From Candidatus Cloacimonadales bacterium (GTDB lineage: Bacteria; Cloacimonadota; Cloacimonadia; Cloacimonadales; JAFGVF01), in contig OY782781.1 in NCBI GenBank assembly GCA_963678315.1, positions 288,001-352,000 of the forward strand: 64,000 nucleotides of DNA, given 5' to 3'. Of the stretch, positions 19,856-28,837 are shown one piece after another (the first letter of the stretch is position 1; every line of letters starts with the position of its first letter). Both the position numbers and the translations under genes were made by a program. The notes beneath the pieces were generated by a model. The model had not been told where the DNA came from. It saw only the letters and a list, made by a program, of their open reading frames with translations, and did no database searches.

Positions 19856-22132
19856 TTATTTCATTAATACCATTTTCTTCATTTCACTTCTTCCACCATT
19901 TTCAACTTTGTAGAAGTAAACACCTGAAGCAACATTGTTACCGCTATTATCAACACCATTCCAAACTACAGTGTGTCCACCAGCGTTTTGGTCAGCGTTA
20001 ACAAGAGTTTTAACTAATTGACCTTTAACGTTGTAAACATTAAGTTTAACTTCACCATTTTTAACTACATTGTAAGCAATAGTAGTTTCAGGGTTGAATG
20101 GGTTAGGATAGTTTTGGTTTAACATTGATGTAGCAACTTCAACATCAGAAGAAGTTACAGGAGTACCTGTTGCAGGTGGGAAAGTAATATCAATTGCGAA
20201 GTATTTTTGTTGTCCACCAGTTTCTTGACCGATAGTTTGTACAGAAGAACCGTAAGTATCATCATCTAAATAGAACATGTAAAGACGGCCTAATTTAGTA
20301 CCAGCTTCAGTATCTTCAGAGATGAAGTCAATTTTGTTACTTGGGTAAGGGAACTCAGGAATTTCAGCATTTGCAGCTAATTCAGGAGTATCTACACCAT
20401 TCATAACGATAGGTTCTGACCAAGATACACCATTATCTTGTGAAACAGAGATAACTATATCACACATTTGAGCATAATCTGCATATTCTGGATAATCATC
20501 TGGATAGTTGTTATATAATCTAGCTTTTTCAGAATCTTGCCATACCATAGCCATCATACCTTGTTCATTAGCTTCAGTAATGTGAGCAGTATGTAAATGG
20601 AACATCATAGCATTATCTGCTGCAGCTGAATCCCAATACATGTAAGGCCAGATTGAAGCAACAATAGGTCTTCCCCAGTAATCAGTATCTTCAGCAGTTA
20701 CACCATCATCAACACCATCATAAGAACCATCATCAAGAACTTCATCAACAGCACCATCACCATCTTGGTCCCACCATTTCCAGATTGTTGGATTAGCGTA
20801 AGAACCAGTAGTATTGCTTGTAAAGTTCATTGGGTTAAAACCAGCTGAAGGGTATACATCAACTATGTTGAAATAATGAGTATTTGTATCGAATGAAAGA
20901 TCTTTTACAACATGAAGCCCAGGATAGTAAGTAGCTTCATTTGTTTCGATAGTATAGAATAAAGGCATATGGATTTTGCCCATAGCATCAATAGAAACAT
21001 TAAAATGTCCTGATTGACCTACACCTAGAGTTAATTCACCTTCAGTATAAGGTTCATCATTTTCGTCTAAGAAGTAGTAATTAGCAGGAACTAAATCTTC
21101 ACCAGTAGTTGGATCAACGTATGCAGGGTTTTCAATTTCCATTTCAGGGTGGATTGAATGATGTACCCATGTACCTTCACCATAGTTATCACATTCGAAA
21201 ATGTCAAGAGTTGGTTCATCAATAGTTTCACCATCTTCTGAATCAGTGTAAGCTAAGTGGTAACCAACATAATAAATTTTGTCTTCATAAGCTTTGAAAG
21301 CCATGAAAGGACGTCTCCATTCAACAGGAGAAACATTCCATTCGTCTAAAGTAGGGATAGTAGTTGAACCCCAACCAGTAGCATCAATAGCCCAACTTTC
21401 TAATTCCATTTCAGAAACGTCTTTGTAAACAACATAAACGTTTTCAGAAACAGCACCACCGTTTGTTGTAGCATTTTTAGCCATAACATAAACACGATAG
21501 TAACCTTCACCCATTGGAGAATCAGCTAATTGAACTGAAGGCCAGATGAATTCGTTAGTTTCAACAGTTTCACCATTAACTTCTACTGAAGCAGGGTTGT
21601 CTAAAATTTGGAGTAAGTCAGAGTGCATTTCGATAACAGAACCGCCGATAACAGCGTCGTATCCGAAACCAACTTCTAAATCACTATCAGCATCTAAATT
21701 CACATGATAAGCAAACACAGGTTTACCTTGAGGGGTTACAGCAACGCCAGGGTAACCTTCCCAAATATCATTTGTTCCGAAAGCGATATTTGAAACTACA
21801 TTACCTGTAGCATCAACGAAAGCTTTATAAACACGTCTGTTTGAGCTAGCAGTAGCTTTAGTGTGGTAAACAATCCAGTTACCGTTTAAAGCACCTTCAA
21901 CTCTTTGCATTGGTGAGCCTGTGTATGAACCTGGAAAATAATCATAAAAGTTATCGATTATTGTAACAGGGTTAGTAAAAAATTCGTATGCCGGAGCATC
22001 ACGTGTTACGCTAGCGTAAGGTACAGTGTCTTTAACGCCTAATTCAATAGGTGTTCTAGGATCTTGAACGTTAGCAAATACAGTAGTTGTAAGAACGGCT
22101 AATACAGCCATAACAAGAAACAATCGTTTCAT
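19856..22132 (-). CDS. Secreted acidic protein of unknown function with a T9SS type A/FlgD-Ig C-terminal domain
   Basis: Signal peptide MKRLFLVMAVLAVLTTTVFA; Asp-box-like SQDNGVSWS; C-terminal NYPNPFNPETTI...SGVYFYKV...KKMVLMK. Confidence 0.8.
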   Translation of the reverse strand: MKRLFLVMAVLAVLTTTVFANVQDPRTPIELGVKDTVPYASVTRDAPAYEFFTNPVTIIDNFYDYFPGSYTGSPMQRVEGALNGNWIVYHTKATASSNRRVYKAFVDATGNVVSNIAFGTNDIWEGYPGVAVTPQGKPVFAYHVNLDADSDLEVGFGYDAVIGGSVIEMHSDLLQILDNPASVEVNGETVETNEFIWPSVQLADSPMGEGYYRVYVMAKNATTNGGAVSENVYVVYKDVSEMELESWAIDATGWGSTTIPTLDEWNVSPVEWRRPFMAFKAYEDKIYYVGYHLAYTDSEDGETIDEPTLDIFECDNYGEGTWVHHSIHPEMEIENPAYVDPTTGEDLVPANYYFLDENDEPYTEGELTLGVGQSGHFNVSIDAMGKIHMPLFYTIETNEATYYPGLHVVKDLSFDTNTHYFNIVDVYPSAGFNPMNFTSNTTGSYANPTIWKWWDQDGDGAVDEVLDDGSYDGVDDGVTAEDTDYWGRPIVASIWPYMYWDSAAADNAMMFHLHTAHITEANEQGMMAMVWQDSEKARLYNNYPDDYPEYADYAQMCDIVISVSQDNGVSWSEPIVMNGVDTPELAANAEIPEFPYPSNKIDFISEDTEAGTKLGRLYMFYLDDDTYGSSVQTIGQETGGQQKYFAIDITFPPATGTPVTSSDVEVATSMLNQNYPNPFNPETTIAYNVVKNGEVKLNVYNVKGQLVKTLVNADQNAGGHTVVWNGVDNSGNNVASGVYFYKVENGGRSEMKKMVLMK

Positions 22133-22194
22133 GTGCATTCCTCCCATCTTTTTAGTTATAAATTAGTTATTTTGCAAAGAATTGCAAATTATTT

Positions 22195-22226
22195 ATAAAA
22201 GTCTAGTACCCAAAGGTACTAGACTT
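22195..22226 (-). terminator. Hairpin terminator after the porV-like gene
   Basis: AAGTCTAGTACC-tttg-GGTACTAGACTT followed by a short T tract. Confidence 0.7.
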
Positions 22227-22233
22227 AAATCTT

Positions 22234-23256
22234 TTAGTATTCCATTTTTAATGAAAATCTGTGTACACCAGAAACAAAATCTTCTTCAAGGTCACCCATA
22301 TTAGTATAAGAATAATCTACACCAAATACAGCGATACTTGTAGGAATTTTGAATCCTGTACCAAAGCTATAACTTGCTTCGTCATAACCTATTTGATAAC
22401 CGCCTCTAATAGCGAAGAAGTTATATTTATATTCTGTACCAATGTTCCAAGTTTCTCTTCTATCAACAGTATTATCTAATTGACCAGAAACAATCCAAGT
22501 TTGATTATCATCTCTAATGATATCCATAGCTAGACCAAGAGAGTAGTTCATTGGAATTTTAAAACCTAATTCTTCATCATCTTCATCAATAAGTCCATCA
22601 CCATCGTTATCTAATAAGTCAAATGGATCTTCATCAGTCTCACCATCATCATCATTATCTAATTCATAAATAACGTCTGGACCAAAGTTCTTAAGAGTCA
22701 TACCAATTGTTAAGTTTTTCCATTGAGTATTGTATAAAGAACCAATATCTAATGCATAAGAATCAACTGAATAATCCCATAAGTTTTCACGTAAATATTT
22801 ACCTGTAATACCGAATGAGAACTTGTCAGTAAACGCATTTGAATATGTTAAACCAACCATGATATCACTTGCAGTGAAGGTTCTACCTGTAGGACCGAAT
22901 GTTTCTTCGTCCATTTCATCCATATCATCCATGTGAAGTACAGAAGTACTTAATGCAATAGATTGGATACCATCTGTAAAAGAAACTGCAGCAAATTCAT
23001 GTTGAATGTCAGCTACCCAGTTAGTATGTGAAAAGAACGCTTGGTGTTTTAGCTTATTTGATAATCCAGCTGGATTCCAATATACTGAAGATATGTCATC
23101 AGTAACAGCAACATAAGCTTCACCCATACCAGTTGCTCTAGCATCAATACCTAATTTTAAGAATTGAAGAGCAGCTGTACCTGTTTTAGCGAATATTTCA
23201 CCAAACATCATTACAGGAATTAGAACGATTAATGATATAATAATAATTTTTTTCAT
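22234..23256 (-). CDS. PorV/PorQ-family (UPF0164-like) outer-membrane beta-barrel protein
   Basis: FLKLGIDARATGMGEA, SVYWNPAGL, DIGSLY, NFGP, RGGY, VDYSY, HRFSL..Y; signal peptide. Confidence 0.85.
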   Translation of the reverse strand: MKKIIIISLIVLIPVMMFGEIFAKTGTAALQFLKLGIDARATGMGEAYVAVTDDISSVYWNPAGLSNKLKHQAFFSHTNWVADIQHEFAAVSFTDGIQSIALSTSVLHMDDMDEMDEETFGPTGRTFTASDIMVGLTYSNAFTDKFSFGITGKYLRENLWDYSVDSYALDIGSLYNTQWKNLTIGMTLKNFGPDVIYELDNDDDGETDEDPFDLLDNDGDGLIDEDDEELGFKIPMNYSLGLAMDIIRDDNQTWIVSGQLDNTVDRRETWNIGTEYKYNFFAIRGGYQIGYDEASYSFGTGFKIPTSIAVFGVDYSYTNMGDLEEDFVSGVHRFSLKMEY

Positions 23257-23270
23257 CTCTTCAATTCCCC

Positions 23271-26200
23271 CTATTTAATTAAGACAAACTTGCCAACGTG
23301 AACATCACCAGAAGCTTTATCTTTTACTGAGAATAGATAAACACCAGGAGCAATGATTTGATTGTTTTTAGAAAGAAGATTCCAAGCATGAATACTTTCA
23401 GTTGTAGTACCAACGCTAGCAGCTTTACTTACAGTAATAACATCTTCTTGATAAGCACCTTCATGATCGAATTCATCAACTAGGTCACCAGCAAGAGTAT
23501 AAATCTTAACTTTAGCTCTACTAGGTAAATTAACAAACCAGATTCTCTTACTCTTATCACCTTTTTCATCACTTTCCCTTCTACCATCAAAGTCTGATCT
23601 ACCAATATATGGATTAGGAACTACGTAAACTTCAGATCCATCGAAATCAGCTCTATTTGGAGCAGGGAAGAATACTTTCATATTAGCATCAGCATCTCTA
23701 CCTGTTTCTAGGAATGAAAGTTTTTGAGAAGGCATACCACGATCAAATGCAGTAACTGCAACATAAGTCTCAACACCTTTACGAGGTACATTAACTGTAT
23801 GGTGATAGAATCTTCTTGATAATCTTAAGTTAGAAAGTTCTTCAAGCATTTCATCATTTCCAGCAGCTGATTGACCGCCAAAACCACTAAGTGGGATTAA
23901 CTTTTCTTCATATAAAGCTTTGAAAATAGATTCATACTTTTCATAAGTTAAACCTTCAGGACAGTTATCTTCGCTTCTTGCAAATAACTTGAAAGCTACA
24001 TCAGCTTTAAGATCATCAGGAATCATTGTAGAACCAGTAACAGATCCTAGCAATTGGTCAGCTTCAGCTTGAAGTTCAGATAAAGAAGGTAAGTCATATT
24101 TATAAAGTTGTAAACCATAGATAGTTTCACCAACTTCAATATTCCTAAATCTATAATATTCATTAAATGTTATGTAGTGAGTATCTTCTTCAGTTGCTGT
24201 TCTTTCGTTTGGTAGACCAGTATCAATAGCAGTATATCCACCGTAATCTTTATATACTTCACCACCCTCTAAAGTAGTAGTGTTTTCATTCACATTATAA
24301 TCATCTTCGTCTTGTTCTGTTTCAACCTTACCCCACATATCAACTAATGACCAATCTTCTTGAGAACCAGAACCGGATCTAATCCAAACTCTATATCCTT
24401 GGAAGTCATGTCTTAATCTGTATGCAGTAACAGGATTTACATGATAAGTATCTTGATCATATACTTCTGAAGGAACAAGATTGTCTAAATCACCATAGAT
24501 TTCAGACCATTGATCCCAATTATCGACATATGAATCAACACCGTCATTAACATCTTGCCATCCAACTAAACTCTTATCAACATTATCAATGTCATAAGAA
24601 TAGATTGATCTGTTATCCCAATAGTATTCTATTTGGTTACCATCTTCAGTAACTTCAGCATATAAACCAGGAATTTCAGGAGGTGTTGGAGGAGAATAAT
24701 GTTTTACTGTATCAGGTAAAACAACATTTGTTAATGATTGACCATCTTTATAAATACGTTTAGCCCAACTAGCAGAAGCTTTTAATTCTTCTAAGTTATC
24801 ACCAGGGAAAATAGCGATAACGATTTTCATAGTTTTCTTAGGAGCTAAGTTCCATATTTTTTCTTCATCAGAAGAATCTGGGAAACCACTAAAAGCAAAT
24901 AGATATCTAGTATCGTTTTCATCTTCTTGGATGAAATGATCTTGGTTAGCGCTTCTTAAAGAAGTATATTTATCTGAATCTGGGTTTTCACCTTTTAATA
25001 AATAATATTTTTCATTATTTGTTTTACGATTACCTGTGTTTAATGATCTAGGATCTTCATCATAAGGACCATCACCAACTTCCCAATACCAACATGAATA
25101 ATTCAAATCTGCTGGATCTGGGATTGGAGAACAAACACGTGAACCAACAAGACCTGTTGTTAAGCCACCGTCACCATCTGCATCTTTTGTATATGCAAAC
25201 TCATAGTTTTCACCTTTTTGGTAACCAGATTTATCATCAGATGCTTTTTCTGAATCCCAAGATTGTGGTCCTACATCAGAGTCCATGTAGATACCCATAG
25301 CACAATTAAATAAAGTATCAGCTTCATTCATGTTAGTGATATTGAATTCTACATAAACTAAGTTTTTAATATATTCATAAGACCATTGATAACTCATTTG
25401 TCTAACACGAATATTCAATGGATAGTGTTCACTATTTGATTTAGATCCACCCCAGTCTCTTTGGCCTTCATAACCGAAAGGACTATAGTCATAATAATAT
25501 GATATAAAGTCTTGCTCTGAAACAGGAGCACCATCTTCATCGACTCTACCATCACCATCATCATCATAAGGTGTAGCAAAATTAAAATAGCCGTTTTCAT
25601 CAGTTACCCCTAAATCCATGAAACCTAGAGGGAACCAAATTGAATTATTAGCAGGATCTAAAATAGTTGCAATATCAGCTGCATCCATTTCATCCATATA
25701 TAAGCCAGAAAGACTAGCAAAGTTTTCAGGTAATTCATTACCTTCTACAACGGTACGCATTGGGAAAGTATAACCAACAAAGTCTTCATCAACTCTACCA
25801 TCACCATCATCATCTACACCTCTTTTTTGATCACGTGTAGAAGCTGTGATAATATGGTCATCAGCATTGTATGAGCCAAAGAAAGTTTCAACAGCTTGGT
25901 TATTATTTTCTAATGGGTTGTATGCAGGTAAGAATTCATATAAATCTGCATCTCCATCAAAACCAACAGTAACAAGTGTATCATAAACAATACCTGCACC
26001 ATTGTAATCAGCAGGAAGTTCTGATTCTGCATAAACTTCATCATTATCCGCTGAAATTTGATTAGCTTGCCAGAAAAGTCTTTCTCCAGCAGCATTTCTT
26101 CTATATTTTACTGCTCCAAACCATAGAGCACCTTGGTATAAATAATCGATACCACTACCACCTGGATATTCCAAAGATGGATATTGTGGAGAAATATCAT

Positions 26201-26381
26201 CACCAGAACCAAAGAAACCATAGTTACTAACACGTAACCAAATATTTCCCACATTGTGATATTTCGTAAGGTCAAATTGTTTTGTTGGAACATCATTTGT
26301 AGCCTTACGAGCACTTAAAAATGTAGTGCAACATATTAATAAAGCTAATACTGGAATCAGCCTTCGGGAAATCAATCTCAT
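23271..26381 (-). CDS. Large secreted acidic protein with a variant T9SS-like C-terminal domain, function unknown
   Basis: Signal peptide; HNVGNIWL.VSNYG...EYPGGSGIDYL N-terminus; two DDDGDGRVDED motifs; C-terminal VYVVPNPY...F.NLP...KIYTLAGDLV...WNL...APGVY...GKFVLIK. Confidence 0.75.
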   Translation of the reverse strand: MRLISRRLIPVLALLICCTTFLSARKATNDVPTKQFDLTKYHNVGNIWLRVSNYGFFGSGDDISPQYPSLEYPGGSGIDYLYQGALWFGAVKYRRNAAGERLFWQANQISADNDEVYAESELPADYNGAGIVYDTLVTVGFDGDADLYEFLPAYNPLENNNQAVETFFGSYNADDHIITASTRDQKRGVDDDGDGRVDEDFVGYTFPMRTVVEGNELPENFASLSGLYMDEMDAADIATILDPANNSIWFPLGFMDLGVTDENGYFNFATPYDDDGDGRVDEDGAPVSEQDFISYYYDYSPFGYEGQRDWGGSKSNSEHYPLNIRVRQMSYQWSYEYIKNLVYVEFNITNMNEADTLFNCAMGIYMDSDVGPQSWDSEKASDDKSGYQKGENYEFAYTKDADGDGGLTTGLVGSRVCSPIPDPADLNYSCWYWEVGDGPYDEDPRSLNTGNRKTNNEKYYLLKGENPDSDKYTSLRSANQDHFIQEDENDTRYLFAFSGFPDSSDEEKIWNLAPKKTMKIVIAIFPGDNLEELKASASWAKRIYKDGQSLTNVVLPDTVKHYSPPTPPEIPGLYAEVTEDGNQIEYYWDNRSIYSYDIDNVDKSLVGWQDVNDGVDSYVDNWDQWSEIYGDLDNLVPSEVYDQDTYHVNPVTAYRLRHDFQGYRVWIRSGSGSQEDWSLVDMWGKVETEQDEDDYNVNENTTTLEGGEVYKDYGGYTAIDTGLPNERTATEEDTHYITFNEYYRFRNIEVGETIYGLQLYKYDLPSLSELQAEADQLLGSVTGSTMIPDDLKADVAFKLFARSEDNCPEGLTYEKYESIFKALYEEKLIPLSGFGGQSAAGNDEMLEELSNLRLSRRFYHHTVNVPRKGVETYVAVTAFDRGMPSQKLSFLETGRDADANMKVFFPAPNRADFDGSEVYVVPNPYIGRSDFDGRRESDEKGDKSKRIWFVNLPSRAKVKIYTLAGDLVDEFDHEGAYQEDVITVSKAASVGTTTESIHAWNLLSKNNQIIAPGVYLFSVKDKASGDVHVGKFVLIK

Positions 26382-26399
26382 CTATTATCCTCCAGTCTA

Positions 26400-27089
26400 T
26401 TAATTTTCTTCTAATTCAAGATTTAATGGAACCTTAACCCAACATGCAATCGGTTGTCCACCAGATTTTGCAGGTTTGAAAGTCCACTGCCACATAGCAT
26501 CTACAGCTGCATCATCAAGTCCACCAGGAAGATCTTGGAGAGACTTAACAACTTTAACATTACCAACTGTTCCATCAGTACGAACCCAAACTTCTAATAT
26601 TAATAAACCTTGTACATTTTGAGATTTAGCAATATCAGGAAAGATTGGTTTCACTCTTTTAATAGGAACAGGCATTTCTGCATAAGTTACAAATGGAGTA
26701 TTTGTACTCGCATCATCAACATTAGAGAAAGATACACCATCAAAACCTAGTTCATCAGAAGATTTGATTGTAGTAGCTTTATCAGCTTGTTCAAATTCTT
26801 CGATATCCATACCTTCAATATCTAGATCAATGTCTTCAGTTTCTGTAACTTGATCTTCAATGATATCTTCTTCAGGTTCCTCTTCAATGATTTCTTCCTC
26901 TTCATCTTGTGGCATTTCAAATTCTATATGTTCAGAAACTTGACTTGATTCATCTAATTCATCTTCATTAGCTTTTGCTTCAAAACGAGGCATCATGAGT
27001 AATAAGAACATTACAATAATAACAGATGCAGCCATCCCTTTTACAAGGAAACCATTAGCTTCATTTTTCCAATCTGTAAATTTTGCCAT
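26400..27089 (-). CDS. tonB: Energy transducer TonB
   Basis: Single N-terminal TM, Glu/Asp-rich linker, TonB_C-like P.FP.IAK...VQG...DG.V..VKV.KS...W.FKPA..GG.PI; start MAKF at 27089 after GAGG. Confidence 0.88.
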   Translation of the reverse strand: MAKFTDWKNEANGFLVKGMAASVIIVMFLLLMMPRFEAKANEDELDESSQVSEHIEFEMPQDEEEEIIEEEPEEDIIEDQVTETEDIDLDIEGMDIEEFEQADKATTIKSSDELGFDGVSFSNVDDASTNTPFVTYAEMPVPIKRVKPIFPDIAKSQNVQGLLILEVWVRTDGTVGNVKVVKSLQDLPGGLDDAAVDAMWQWTFKPAKSGGQPIACWVKVPLNLELEEN

Positions 27090-27090
27090 A

Positions 27091-27543
27091 TTATCCTCTC
27101 TTTCTCGCTTCAAAAACTATTGCTTCAACTCTGTTGTTTTTAAGATCTGTTAAAAGAGTATTAACAGTATCAAAATCAACATCTGCATCTATACGCAAGC
27201 TTACAAGCCAATTTCTGTCTGGATCTTGTTCCATTCTACTTCTGATTTGCTTACCTAGACTTTGACTAAATGCTTCATTGTTTTTCTTTTCAACTAACTC
27301 ATTTACATAAATGTCATCTAAGTAATAATCAAAATTAGCTCCACCATTACCACTTCCAACATATACTGTTAATATGTTACTCTGTAATTGTCGTTCAATC
27401 TCACGAGCATTTGGGTACTTAGTCTGTACCGGTATATAAATAATCTGAGTAGTAACAACAAAGAAAAGTAATAATAAGAAAGCAATATCTGAAGATGATG
27501 ATGTATCTGCAGCCGGCATTGACTTCTTTCGTAATAACTTCAT
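27091..27543 (-). CDS. exbD: Biopolymer transport protein ExbD/TolR
   Basis: SSSDIAFLLLLFFVVTT TM with conserved Asp; LRIDADVDF..V..LL..L. Confidence 0.85.
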   Translation of the reverse strand: MKLLRKKSMPAADTSSSSDIAFLLLLFFVVTTQIIYIPVQTKYPNAREIERQLQSNILTVYVGSGNGGANFDYYLDDIYVNELVEKKNNEAFSQSLGKQIRSRMEQDPDRNWLVSLRIDADVDFDTVNTLLTDLKNNRVEAIVFEARKRG

Positions 27544-27552
27544 AATCTTCTC

Positions 27553-28038
27553 CTATTTGTTTAGATATTGACGTTCAAAAGAAACTTTTTTTGCCATTTT
27601 ATTTGCTCTAAGTCCATCCATAACTTCGATGAACTTACCATACTCAACATCTCTATCAATAATTAACTTGATAACACAATCAGGGTTCTTTTCAACTTTG
27701 TCTTTGATCATTTGCTTACCTAAATCGTTTAAAGCGAATTTAACACCATCAGCTTTCACATTTGAACCATCAACATAAAGAAAGTACTCTAAATTGATAT
27801 TCTTTGAACCTGCTTGATTCCACACCTCAATCTCTATGAGATTATTGGTGTCAATCGTAGTAGTCTTATCATCCTTCTTCTCTTCATTATTAGCAGCAGG
27901 AGGAAGGTAATAAGGAATACCTTGCTTGTTATCAAATTTACCAACAGCCATAAAGAACACGATTAGCAAGAAAGCTATATCGGACATTGAAGCAGTTGGG
28001 ATAGCAACACTCTTTTTCTTTTTAGCGGGAAACTTCAT
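27553..28038 (-). CDS. exbD: Biopolymer transport protein ExbD/TolR
   Basis: IPTASMSDIAFLLIVFFM; DRDVEYGKFIEVMDGLR. Confidence 0.88.
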   Translation of the reverse strand: MKFPAKKKKSVAIPTASMSDIAFLLIVFFMAVGKFDNKQGIPYYLPPAANNEEKKDDKTTTIDTNNLIEIEVWNQAGSKNINLEYFLYVDGSNVKADGVKFALNDLGKQMIKDKVEKNPDCVIKLIIDRDVEYGKFIEVMDGLRANKMAKKVSFERQYLNK

Positions 28039-28050
28039 TTCTTCCCTACC

Positions 28051-28800
28051 TTACTTTTCGTTTAAAGTATCAATTACCTTTTCAGATGCTTTTTGCATAT
28101 CAACAACAATACCATCTACCATAGACATAAAGATATTGTTAGCAAATTGAACTGGGATAGCAATAATAAGACCTGCAGCAGATGTGATAAGCGCAATTTT
28201 AATACCACCAGCAACAACACCAGCATCAACAACTTCAGTGTTTTGAATATCATCAAAAGCTGTAATCATACCTAATAGAGTTCCTAAGAAACCCATCATA
28301 GGAGCAAGTGTAATTGTTGTTGATAATTCATTGAATCCACGATCAAGGAAAGACATTTCAATAACTGCTGCACTTTCCATTGCCTTTTCCATCGCTTCAA
28401 CACCAAATTCACTCTTTGATAAACCAGCTCTAACTAAATTAGCTACAGGACCTTTTTTACCTTCAACTAATTCTAAAGCACCTTTGAAATCATTTTCTTT
28501 TATTTTAGGTAATACATTTTCTAAGAATTTATCTACATTTATTTTACCTTTTACTAATACTAAAAGTTTCCATATAGCAATACCAATACCCCAGATTAAT
28601 AATACAAGCAATGGCCACATAGCCCATCCACCATCATTAAACTGTTGTACTAAGTTCTTTCCAAATAAAGTTGTTGCTAAAGTTTCAATTGCACTGCCAC
28701 CTTCTTGGTCAACTGCAACTTCTTGAGCACACAACGCTGTAGTAAACACGAAACTTCCAATTAAAGTTATTAGTAAAAGTAGTGAAATCTTTTTATTCAT
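28051..28800 (-). CDS. exbB: MotA/TolQ/ExbB proton channel protein
   Basis: GGWAMWPL, LAPMMGFLGTLLGMITAF, VAGGIKIALITSAAGLIIAIP. Confidence 0.92.
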   Translation of the reverse strand: MNKKISLLLLITLIGSFVFTTALCAQEVAVDQEGGSAIETLATTLFGKNLVQQFNDGGWAMWPLLVLLIWGIGIAIWKLLVLVKGKINVDKFLENVLPKIKENDFKGALELVEGKKGPVANLVRAGLSKSEFGVEAMEKAMESAAVIEMSFLDRGFNELSTTITLAPMMGFLGTLLGMITAFDDIQNTEVVDAGVVAGGIKIALITSAAGLIIAIPVQFANNIFMSMVDGIVVDMQKASEKVIDTLNEK

Positions 28801-28837
28801 CCTTTTATTCCTCCAATATTATATTATATTATTTTTT

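Noticed and set aside
26400..28800. Tol-Pal system or flagellar stator
   Set aside because: No tolB, pal or OmpA-like MotB domain; the adjacent TonB C-terminal domain and TonB-dependent receptor indicate ExbBD-TonB.
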